A stretch of 63,586 nucleotides of DNA, filler included, from Chrysochromulina tobinii (taxonomy: Eukaryota), in the NCBI GenBank assembly GCA_001275005.1. It is 6 parts of 6 records of this genome, joined end to end, with 100 filler letters (N's around TTAATTAATTAA, not from the genome) between each part and the next. Parts side by side here need not be neighbours in the genome. Positions count along the whole stretch, not along the records: positions 32,492 to 54,466 come from JWZX01001268.1; 5 more parts are not named here. One strand, given 5' to 3'. This document shows positions 32,624-41,911 of the stretch, in pieces. Both the position numbers and the translations under genes were made by a program. How positions within the stretch are numbered: position 1 is the first letter of the stretch; each line of letters begins with the position of its first letter. The notes below the pieces were generated by a model that worked only from the letters and a program-made list of their open reading frames with translations, made no database searches and was not told the DNA's origin.

Positions 32624-35600
32624 CTCGACGGCGCCCGCGGCGCGCCCCTCACCCGAGGTGGCGAGGCCGAAGTCGGTGATGCGCACCTGATGAGGGAGGC
32701 AATTAGAGGTCCTCAGAGGCAATCAGAGCTCATTAGCGAAGACGGTGATGCGCACCACGCCTCCGGAGTCGAGGAGCAGGTTGGAGCACTTGAGGTCGAG
32801 GTGGAGGACCCCCTTGCGGTGCAGGTACGCCATCCCAGTCGCGACACCCTCGGCCACTGACCAGAAGAAGTTGCGAGGTCATCAGAGGTCATCAGAGGTC
32901 ATCAGAGGTCATCAGAGGTCATCAGAGGTCATCAGAGGTCATCACACACCTGACCAGAAGAAGTTGCGAGGGGTTGGTCGGTTGAGTGCCTGCCGTACGT
33001 CGCCGCCGTCGCAGTACTCGAGCACCAGGCAGTATGTGGGAGGCGCCGCAGCCGCGCCGAGGCAGCGTACGATGTTCGGATGGCGCAGTCGGGTGAGCGC
33101 CGCCACCTGATGAGGGAGGCAATCAGATGCAATCATATGCAATCAGATGCAATCAGCGCAGTCGGGTGAGCGCCGCCACCTCTGCACGCCAGCCCGCCAT
33201 GCCCGCCACCCCCGAGCACGCCACCTTGACCGCCACCGCCACGCCCTCCCAAGCGGCCAGGTAGGTCGCGCCCATCGCGCCGCCTCCGATGCGCCGGTGG
33301 AGCACTAGATCATCAAGCGAGATACGCCAGTCCACAGGGCAGTCCTCCGTCAGGTCACCTGATGAGGGAGGCAATCAGTGATCATCAAGCGAGATACGCC
33401 AGTCCACAGGGCAGTCCTCCGTCAGGTCACCTGATGAGGGAGGCAATCAGTGATCATCAAGCGAGATACGCCAGTCCACAGGGCAGTCCTCCGTCAGGTC
33501 ACCGTGCCGCCTTCCCAGCATGCGCGATCGTGCCGCGAGCTGCTCGTCCGCAGCGGCGGCCGCCAGCACCGGCGAATGCGGCGCTGTCGTGGGCAAAGGC
33601 GCTGTCGTGGGCAAAGGCGCTGTCGTGGGCACCGGCGAATGCGGCGCATTGTGGATGGCGAGGGAAGATGAGGGCGCTGCCGTGGGCAAAGGCGCTGTCG
33701 TGGGCACCGGCGAATGCGGCGCATTGTGGATGGCGAGGGAAGATGAGGGCGCTGTCGTGGGCAAAGGCGCTGTCGTGGGCAAAGGCGCATTGTGGATGGC
33801 GAGGGAAGATGAGGGCGCTGTCGTGGGCAAAGGCGCTGTCGTGGGCAAAGGCGCATTGTGGATGGCGAGGGAAGAGGAGGCGTGCGCGTGCACGCTGCTG
33901 AAGGCGCTGATGGCGCTGCTGACGGCGGCAGCGCCGCCGGTGCCCACGGCAGCGCGGGTGCCCACGGCAGCGCTGCAGACGGCGCTGGGGCTGTTGCTGC
34001 TGCTGCCATCGACGCCGACGAGCAGCAGCAACGCACGCTTGAGAGCAGCCGCAGGCAGCGCACGAAGTTGCGCCGCGAGGGCATCGTTTGCATGCTGAGC
34101 CTCCGCCGGCGTGGGCGTGGTGGTGGCGGTGGTGGTCGTGGTGGCGCGCAGGACAGCGGCGACCGCGGCCACGGCCGCCTCGTTCTCATCGATGCTGTCG
34201 CGACCGGCGCCCATCACGGCGCTCGGGACGCCCGTGACGGCGCTCGGGACGGCTGCCTCACTCATCACGGAGAATGCGCCACTGCCGCTGCCGGAGGAGC
34301 CCGTAGTGGGCGCTGCAATGGGCGCTGCAATGGGCGCTGTCGTGGGCGCTGTCGTGGGCGCTGTAATGGGTGGTCCGATCTCGCGCCCGATCTCGCGCAC
34401 GTCGCCTCTCCCCCGCCGGCCAACGGTCGGGCTGAGCGGCCACCCGTCATCTCCCCCGTCATCTCCCCCACATCTCCCCCGCCGGCCAACGGTCGGGCTG
34501 AGCGGCCACCCGGCCGGTAGAGATGTGAGCGTCGTGATGGGCGTTGGCTCGCCCGGGGCGTCGTGATGGGCGCCGGCCGGCGCGGAGCCGGCGAAGGCGG
34601 AGGGCACGGCGGCGGTGAGCTCCGCGAGGACCGCCGCTTCGATGGCTTGGAGCTTGTCGACGTGCTCCGTGTACAGGTCCCAGCAGCGGCGCACGGTGAG
34701 GGCCGTGCGGATGGCGTGCAGGTCGAACTCGGTCATGAGGCGCAAATGAGCCTGAGCGAGCTCCGGGTTCTCAATCGTGAAGCCTTTCGCCATGAGCTGC
34801 AGCAGCCGCGGCGGCGCCGAGGTCCGGAGAGAGTCCTGATACGCCTTCTGGTTCGAGGCGCAGATGACGAGGTCCGCAAAGGCGCGCGGGGGCAGCGCCG
34901 GGACGGCGCGCTCCGGCAGCGCAATCACGCCGGTGAGGAAGCCGCGCATGTAGGCGGTGGACTCCTTGAGCCTTGCGAACTTGGAGATGGAGGAGGCCCA
35001 TAGGGAACCGCCGCTCTCGTGCCACACCTGCATGCAATGAGGGAGGCAATCAGAGGTCATCAGAGGTCATCAGAGGTCATCAGAGGTCATCAGAGGTCAT
35101 CAGAGGTCATCAGAGGTCATCAGAGGTCATCAGAGGTCATCATCACGCACCTGACGCTCGACGAGCTGCAGCACCTCCTCGCACAGCGCCGAGTACGCGC
35201 GCAACACCGCATAGAAGACCTGCGCGCGCCCTGCCACGCCAGGGCCCGAGGCCAGGAAGCTCCGATCTCCCATCGAGGTCGCGGCTGGAGATCGAGGTCG
35301 AGATCTCCGATCTCCCATCGAGGTCGCGGCTGGCGCAGCGGGTGGCATCGAGGGCGGCGAGGAGACGGGTGCGGGGAAATCTGACGAGGAGATCTGACGA
35401 GGTGCGGAGAGATCTGACGAGGAGATCTGACGAGGTGCGGGGAAATCTGATGAATTGCCAAATTCATCAGACCATCGGCGAACTACTTCGGCATCCACCG
35501 CCTCGCGCTGCAGCTGCAGCCGATTGAGTAGCTCGGGAGCTGGCCCAGCCGCATCGGTGCGCCTACGGAAATCAGCGAGCTTGGCACCGAAGGAGCCGAG

Positions 35601-37682
35601 CGTGCCCCCACTCGCCACCCATGCGCACGTCACCCCCCGCTCGCGCTGGAGCGCGTGGAGTAGCAGCTCCCAGCGCGTCTTGCCGCCGCTGTCCGAGCCA
35701 CCGGCCGTCCCGGAGCCGCTGGCCGTTGGGCTGCCGGCGGCGCTCAGGACGGCGCTCAAACTGGCCGTTGGGCTGCCTCGTTGCTGCAGGGTTGGAGCCC
35801 AGTACGGCGCCCCGACCAGAGCGCCGCCGCCAGCCGCTCCGCCTGCCGCGCCCGCGCCCAGTACGGCGCCATCGAGCCACGAGTGCTCGCCCAGTACGGC
35901 GCCGTCTTTCACCTCGGCGGGCAGGTAAGAGAGGGTGGCGGCAGGTAAATGCCTCTCTCCATCCGTGGGCAGGTAAGAGAGGGTGGCAGATGCCGAGGGC
36001 AGGTACGAGAGGATGGCAGATGCCGAGGCAGCGGCGGCCGTGTCGTTCACCGTGGCGCCAGCATGCAGCACATTCACATTCACAGGGAGCGTGGCCGTCA
36101 ACGGGGCGAATGCCGCAAAAGGGGGGGATGCCGCAAAAGGGGGGGATGCCGCAAAAGGGGGGGATGCCGCAAAAGGGGGGGATGCCGAAAAAGGGGGGGA
36201 TGCCGCAAAAAGGGGGGATGCCGCAAAAGGAGAGGATGCTGCAAAAGGGGCGCTGCTGCCGGCCGGCGCGCCCTCGTGCGCGCCGTTGCGCCCATTGGTG
36301 ACTAGGAGCGAAGGCAGTTGACGTTCGACGAGGCGTCGCCAATCGATCGGCGCGAAGAAAGGGTCCGCTCGAACAGCATTCCCGCCCTCTCGCCCTGTGC
36401 CGCCTAGACGGCCCTCGGGCCGTAGGATCAGCAGCTTGGAGATAAGGAGCGACGCGCTCGCCGACACGCTCGGCGGCATCGCGTCCACGAGGACCGCGGA
36501 AGACGACGACCCTAATATGGACGCCGTCCCTAATATGGAAGACGTCCCTAATATGGAGGACGACCCACCCGCGCCGCTCCCCGCCGCCGTGCCCCGCCAC
36601 CTATGGGCGCCGTACTGGGCGGGGAGCACTCGGCCCGTCGGCTGGAGATCGTGATCGAGATTGTGCTCGAGATCGCTCGCCAGCTGCTTCATCTCCTCCT
36701 CTAAAGCAGTCATGCGACTGCCGTCAGCGCCGCCGCCGTGAGCGCCGCCGCCGTGGACGCCGCCGCCGACGTCGCCCAGCCTGTCCTCGTCCAACGTGAA
36801 CATGCCTTCGACCTCGCCGCTGTTGCTGCAGCGCGGCGACCTCACGCCGCCGCTGCTGCTCATGCTACCGGCACAGCTGTGGCCGCCGCAGCTGTGGCCA
36901 ACGCTCGCGTCGTGTTGGGCAAACCGGTCAGCGCCCGTGCCAACGCTCGCGTCGTGTTGGGCAAACCGGTCAGCGCCCGTGCCAACGCTCGCGTCGTGTT
37001 GGGCAAACCGGTCAGCGCCCGTGCCCCACGGGAGCTCTCCTACAAGCATCTCATAGAGCAACACGCCGATGGCCCACCAGTCCACCGCGAAGGTGTATGA
37101 CGCGCCGCGCAGCACCTCCGGCGCCATGTACTCGGGCGTGCCGACCTGCGAGCGCGCTGAGATCGAGGTGGAGCCGCCGAAGCTCGACGAGCCTAGCAAG
37201 CGCTTGGCGGTGCCGAAGTCGGCGAGGACCGCGTGGCCGTCGAGCCCGAGCAGCACGTTCTCGGGCTTAAGGTCGCGGTAGATGATCCCGTGCTCGCGGT
37301 GCAGGTGCTCAATCGCGTGGGTCATCTGGGCGAGCACGAGCCGCGCCGCCTCGGTGGCGAGAGGCCCGTGGACCTGCAAGTGGCTGAAGAGGTCGCCGCC
37401 GCCCACAAAATCGAGCGCCTGATAGAAGTGCGAGTGGTCCTCGAAGGCGTAGTGAAGCCGCACAATGTATGGATGCACAATCTGCTTTAGCAGCACACTC
37501 TCCTGCTCTACCCGCTGGATTGCGCGGGCCGAGCCCAGTGCCGCTTTGCTCACCACTTTGAGCGCAAAGAGCTTGCCGTTCGACGAGTGGCGCACGAGCA
37601 CCACCTCCGCCGAGCCCCCCTGACCCAATACCCTCAACGCCTCAAAGTCGGAGATCACCAGCGACGATGGAGGGGCCTCCAT
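32492..37682 (-). CDS. Dual protein kinase: AGC-type kinase, NIT-like sensor domain, TKL kinase; 6 introns; 3' truncated by gap
   Basis: Kinase 1: LGQGGSAEV, FALK, YRDLKPEN, DFG, GTPEYMAPE, VDWWAIG. NIT-like LHALQRERG...RRRTD...LKES. Kinase 2 after splicing: IGGGAMGATY, VAVK, LRHPNIV, HLDLKCSN, DFG, GTFRWMAP. Confidence 0.88.
32687..32755 (-). other. Repeat-cassette intron E (19-bp downstream-exon duplicate, 1 mismatch, decayed repeats)
   Basis: GTGCGCATCACCGTCTTCG...CTCTGATTGCCTCTGAGGACCTCTAATTGCCTCCCTCATCAG|GTGCGCATCACCGACTTCG; removal restores SGGV-VRITDFG. Confidence 0.88.
32857..32949 (-). other. Repeat-cassette intron D (mirror type, 22-bp upstream-exon duplicate at 3' end)
   Basis: CCTCGCAACTTCTTCTGGTCAG|GTGTGTGATGAC(CTCTGATGAC)6-CTCGCAACTTCTTCTGGTCAG|TGGCC; removal restores FFWSVAEGVATGMAYLH. 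Confidence 0.9.
33107..33179 (-). other. Repeat-cassette intron C (24-bp downstream-exon duplicate)
   Basis: GAG|GTGGCGGCGCTCACCCGACTGCGC + TGATTGCATC-type repeats + CTCCCTCATCAG|same 24 bp; restores RAEVAALTRLRHPNIV. Confidence 0.9.
33359..33502 (-). other. Repeat-cassette intron B (two 72-bp units: 51-bp exon duplicate plus 21-bp acceptor cassette)
   Basis: Three exact 51-bp copies (33308-33358 exon, 33380-33430, 33452-33502) separated by ACTGATTGCCTCCCTCATCAG. Confidence 0.9.
35028..35150 (-). other. Repeat-cassette intron A (9 x 10-bp repeat, only CAGGTG shared at the ends)
   Basis: CAG|GTGCGTGATG(ATGACCTCTG)9-ATTGCCTCCCTCATTGCATGCAG|GTGTGG; joins the 859-aa and 537-aa ORFs in phase 0. 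Confidence 0.9.
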
Positions 37683-37915
37683 GTCCTGTATCCCACCAAC
37701 CGCGGGCACTCTCGACCTCCGTCAAGGGGTGTGTGCTCTCTCGTCCTCCGTCCATGTCAAGTCAAGTCCACGGCCAATCGATCATGTTTTCGGCCATTTT
37801 CAAAACAATTAGCTCGAGAACGGCTCGGCTCATGGATGGTCGTGGCGGCGGTGCTCGTTCAAATTCCGTCGGAATCACGAGTTGTTACGCTCACTTGCAA
37901 GAGTGTGCGAACACA

Positions 37916-39559
37916 ATGCGGCTCACGGTCGTGGAGGAGACGCGAAGGCGTCGGGAAGCGCGGGCATTGGAGGAGGCCGATGCCCTGGCGCAGATGATGG
38001 CCTCTCGCGAGGTCGCACACGAGCTCGCACGCGTTGAAAAGCAGCTCATGGGCGTCAGGGCCGAGTGGACCAAACCCAGTAACTCGCTGCCCAACATCTA
38101 CCCACCGGGAAATCTTCCGCGCGCGATGACGCCAGGGGTCGGCCTATCGCCACAGTTTCGGAGAGGCGCCGACGCAGGGCGCGTCTTGCCTCAGCCACGG
38201 TCTTACATCCACCCTGAGGCGGCGTTCGAGTCGAGGGCGCGTGCACAGTCCTTGCCTGGTCGCATCCGTCGCAACGACAAGGTGTTGAGCGGGTTGAGGA
38301 GGGACCCTTGGGAGGGCGCCACGGTGCTGGTGCCGCTCAAGACCATCACGCCCGTGAACGCCAGGAACCTAGGGTCCCGAAAGTCGAAGAAGCTGCCGAC
38401 GACGACGACACGCCGATCTCCCCTCGACCCGCGCGCTCCACTGGTCGCACAGCTGCTCCACTACTTGCTGGCGGATCTGATCGAGGACCCCGAGATGTAT
38501 GTGGAGGCGACGAACCGCATCGCGCAGAGCTTCTCGGCCTGGGACACCGACGGCAGCGGCTCGATCAGCCGTTACGAATTTGCGAAGGCGATGGCCGTCA
38601 TCGGCTTCCCGTGTACCTCGGAAGAGCTCCACGCCCTCTTCCAGGAGCTCGATGCGGACGGCTCGGGCAGCATCACGTACGCCGAGCTGCTCGCCGCGAC
38701 GCGCGTGCACACGCCCATGTTCCACGGCAACGGGCTCCCACCCGCGCCTCCTCCGGCGGCGCGTACTCGACCCGGCGGCAGCGGCAACGCCCAATCCAGA
38801 GGCGCCGAGTACATCACATCCACCCAGAACCTTCCGCCGATCGAGGCGCCAATGTCGTGGGTCGATGGGCGCTCGATGGCGGGGCAGATTGCGGACATGC
38901 TCAAAGACCAGATGCGCCGTGTGACCGACACCTTCAAAAAATGGGACACGGACGGCCGCGGCACGCTCGAGTTCTCCGAGTTCTCGAGGGCGATGGCCGC
39001 CCTTGGTCTGAAATCGACGAAGAAGGTCGAGGAGCTGTGGAGGCAGTTTGATGCCGACGGCAGCGGCGCGATCAGCTTTGAAGAGTTGCGCATGGCGCTC
39101 GAGCCGTCGAAGCTCGGCGCGGTCGACACGGCCGGCGGTGCCGGCGGCATGATGGCCGTACCCGACGCTTACGGAGGCAACCAAAATACCTTGTCGAGCG
39201 AGACGATCAATAAGGAGATGCACGTAGGGCTCTCATCCAAATTACGCTCCCCGACCGAGCAGATGCACGAGGCCTTCGACGAGATGGCCACCGACCGCGT
39301 GCTCGACGTGTTCAAGGCGTGGGATGCGGACAATACGGGCACCCTCTCACGTGCCGAATTTGCCAAGGCGATGGTGCGCATGGGAGTGAAGTGCACCCGC
39401 GCAGAGCTCTTTAAGCTCTTCAACGAGATCGATCCAGATGGCTCGGGCGAGATTAATTACCGCGAGCTCTACTGGGCGATCAAGGAGAGACGTGGCTACG
39501 TCAAGGGCAGCCGCTCGCGCGACGTGACGAAGCCCGATGGCTGGGCTGAGGGGCGTTGA
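37916..39559 (+). CDS. Protein with three EF-hand pairs (start uncertain)
   Basis: DTDGSGSISRYE, DADGSGSITYAE, DTDGRGTLEFSE, DADGSGAISFEE, DADNTGTLSRAE, DPDGSGEINYRE. Confidence 0.9.
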   Translation: MRLTVVEETRRRREARALEEADALAQMMASREVAHELARVEKQLMGVRAEWTKPSNSLPNIYPPGNLPRAMTPGVGLSPQFRRGADAGRVLPQPRSYIHPEAAFESRARAQSLPGRIRRNDKVLSGLRRDPWEGATVLVPLKTITPVNARNLGSRKSKKLPTTTTRRSPLDPRAPLVAQLLHYLLADLIEDPEMYVEATNRIAQSFSAWDTDGSGSISRYEFAKAMAVIGFPCTSEELHALFQELDADGSGSITYAELLAATRVHTPMFHGNGLPPAPPPAARTRPGGSGNAQSRGAEYITSTQNLPPIEAPMSWVDGRSMAGQIADMLKDQMRRVTDTFKKWDTDGRGTLEFSEFSRAMAALGLKSTKKVEELWRQFDADGSGAISFEELRMALEPSKLGAVDTAGGAGGMMAVPDAYGGNQNTLSSETINKEMHVGLSSKLRSPTEQMHEAFDEMATDRVLDVFKAWDADNTGTLSRAEFAKAMVRMGVKCTRAELFKLFNEIDPDGSGEINYRELYWAIKERRGYVKGSRSRDVTKPDGWAEGR

Positions 39560-39971
39560 CGAAGCAAGTGACGAAATCAGATAGCAGGGCTCAGGGGCGT
39601 TGACGATGCGAGTGATGAAGCCAGATGGCTGGGCTGTGGGGTGTTGAGGTTCGGTTTCAGGCGACGTCGCATGATGATCCAACCCGATGTGAAGTATGAA
39701 ACTGGACGTTGGAGCATGGAGCGCCGCTGCACATCATTGTTGTTTGGATACAATGTAAGATCTAAATTTTGACCAAGGAAAGTGGTTGAACTTGAACTTG
39801 GCAGTCAACTTGGTTCCGTGAAACGTTGGGATCGAGACTGCAAAGGGAGACGCGATCTCCGAGCGATGTCGGATGTGTAACGATCGCTGACGAAACGTCT
39901 TTTCGTCCCCAAGCACGTCCGCGGGAGGCGCAGGGCCCAGACGGGCGGCTGAGGTTCCCACGCCCAGCTTT

Positions 39972-41312
39972 ATGCCAACTTTGGCCGTCTCGCTGCCGTC
40001 AACACCACGCTCCAGTCTCGCAGTCAAGACGTCTCCGATTAAGAAGCTCGTCGGTGCCACCAAGGCGGCCAGCATGGCTTCGCCTCGCTCCTCCACGCCC
40101 TCCTCACCTCGCACTCCGCCCGCGAGCAAGGACGCAACGACGACCGCGAGCCCGAGAACGATCAGCGCACCGAAAACAAAGTCTAGCTCATCTGTCTTGA
40201 CGTCTCCGCCACCTGCAAAGCTGAGCAAGTCGCCCAAGGGTGTGCTCAAGACGTGCAACAGCGAGGCCAACTCGCTCATGAGCGAGTTCACCAGCAAGTC
40301 GCCGCGCTCCAAGTCGCCCGCGCAGTTTTCGGACGACACGTCCTCTCGCACCAAGTCGCCCAGGCATAGCCGCCCGGCCACACCCTTGGCGGTTGATGGC
40401 GATCTCGCCGCCAAGAACGAGGCCCTCCTGCAGGAGCTGAGTGAGGCGCAGAAGGAGTTGCACGCAGCGAAGGAAGCGTATGATGCTCTGGCGCTGAGGA
40501 CAGAGGAGGTGCATGCAGAGGCGCAGAAGGCGCAGGCGGAGGCGGAGAGGGCGCAGGCGCAGGCGATGCGCCGCCAGTCGACTCTCGGCGAGGCGATGGC
40601 GGAGGCGGCGAAGCTGCGCGTGGCTTTGGAGGCTGCTGAGGACGCTCGCGCTGCCGAGGCCGAAGAGCGCGCTCGTTTGCAAGCCGAGTGCGAGGCGTTG
40701 CGGGACGCGCTCCGGGCAGCTGAGGAGCTCGAGCTTGAGCGCTCCAAGCTCAGATCGGGTCTCGAGGGCGCTGAGGAGCAAAAGCACCTGATGACGATCA
40801 AGCTCGCACAGTCGCAGGAGGCGGCCTCCATAGCCGCTGAGGAGGCGGCGCGCCTCAACCAGATGTTCGCCTCGTTCAATCGGCACGCTGTCGGGGTCGG
40901 CAAGGGCGTCAGCAGGCCGTACGGCGGCAGTATGGGCGTGCGCGGCTACGGACGGTTGGCAACCGGCCCATATTTGGCAACCAACCTCGTGCGAGCGCCG
41001 CTCGAGCAACGCGCGGCGCACTATAAAGCACAGGGAAGCGCGAGCTACCGGTCCGCCTCGCCCCGATTCGGCAAGAGCGTCGAGCTCGCGGCGCGAGGTG
41101 TGAAGGCGGGCACTAATGTGGCGCTCAGCGAGGAGCACCCGATGATGCCATGCCCGGGATCACACCACTCCAACCGCGACCACAAAGGCAAGTTTTGGGC
41201 GACTGGCTGCGCGACGAATGCGATGTTTGACTTGCCGCAGGCGCCGCCGCCGCTGGTGCAGGCATTTGCGCCGCCGCCGCCCGAGCCGCTCCGTCGGAAA
41301 ATGAGCTTTTGA
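39972..41312 (+). CDS. Hypothetical SP-rich plus coiled-coil protein
   Basis: 446-aa ORF; SPK/SPR-rich N-terminus and E/A/L heptad-rich centre. Confidence 0.65.
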   Translation: MPTLAVSLPSTPRSSLAVKTSPIKKLVGATKAASMASPRSSTPSSPRTPPASKDATTTASPRTISAPKTKSSSSVLTSPPPAKLSKSPKGVLKTCNSEANSLMSEFTSKSPRSKSPAQFSDDTSSRTKSPRHSRPATPLAVDGDLAAKNEALLQELSEAQKELHAAKEAYDALALRTEEVHAEAQKAQAEAERAQAQAMRRQSTLGEAMAEAAKLRVALEAAEDARAAEAEERARLQAECEALRDALRAAEELELERSKLRSGLEGAEEQKHLMTIKLAQSQEAASIAAEEAARLNQMFASFNRHAVGVGKGVSRPYGGSMGVRGYGRLATGPYLATNLVRAPLEQRAAHYKAQGSASYRSASPRFGKSVELAARGVKAGTNVALSEEHPMMPCPGSHHSNRDHKGKFWATGCATNAMFDLPQAPPPLVQAFAPPPPEPLRRKMSF

Positions 41313-41911
41313 GCCGACAGGATCCAGAAAGGTTACCAGGAAGGATCCAGAAAGGTTCCAGGAAGGTGCTCTCTCTCGTTGATGGCCGCGCGCTTGTGCG
41401 GAGCCGCCGTTACGTGTGCGAGATTCGTGATTACAATCCGATACATGTACAACCAGGTGTGACGAGGCTGTGTGACATGTGGCACGGCAGGCTGTGCCCT
41501 TCCGTTCGGCGCTTCGGCCGCACCTCAGGAAGGATGTTGACGTACCGACCACGGTCGGCGACCCGGTGGTCCACGTGCTCCCGTCCGCTGCGTGCGAGCC
41601 TGTCCCCCCCGGCCCGTGCGCATCGCGTCGGTGGCCCAGTTGTGGCCCAGCGGCGCCGGTGGCGTGGCGATGCTGTGCTTACGGACGATAATCACCGTTG
41701 TTGCTGTATGTTCTCCACACATGTCTTTTCCAACTTCCATGTTCGGTTACGGTTTCCGTGATATTCATACCGCAAAGCGTGTGTACCATTGCGCACGAAC
41801 GGTACGCGTTTGGACATGGCTTTGGACCGGGAGTCGGGCGCGTAGCGCAAACAGCTCACGTTAATGTCTTTAAAAGAGCCTCTTTACAGATCTCACCGCT
41901 TTTTTATTCGT

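Noticed and set aside
32687..33451. CTGATGAG as a hammerhead ribozyme core
   Set aside because: No stem II hairpin followed by GAAA; it is the antisense of the acceptor CTCATCAG.
32541..33502. CRISPR-like look of repeated CTGATGAGGGAGGCAATCAG separated by other sequence
   Set aside because: Spacing is irregular, the intervening DNA is kinase exon, there are no cas genes and the context is eukaryotic.
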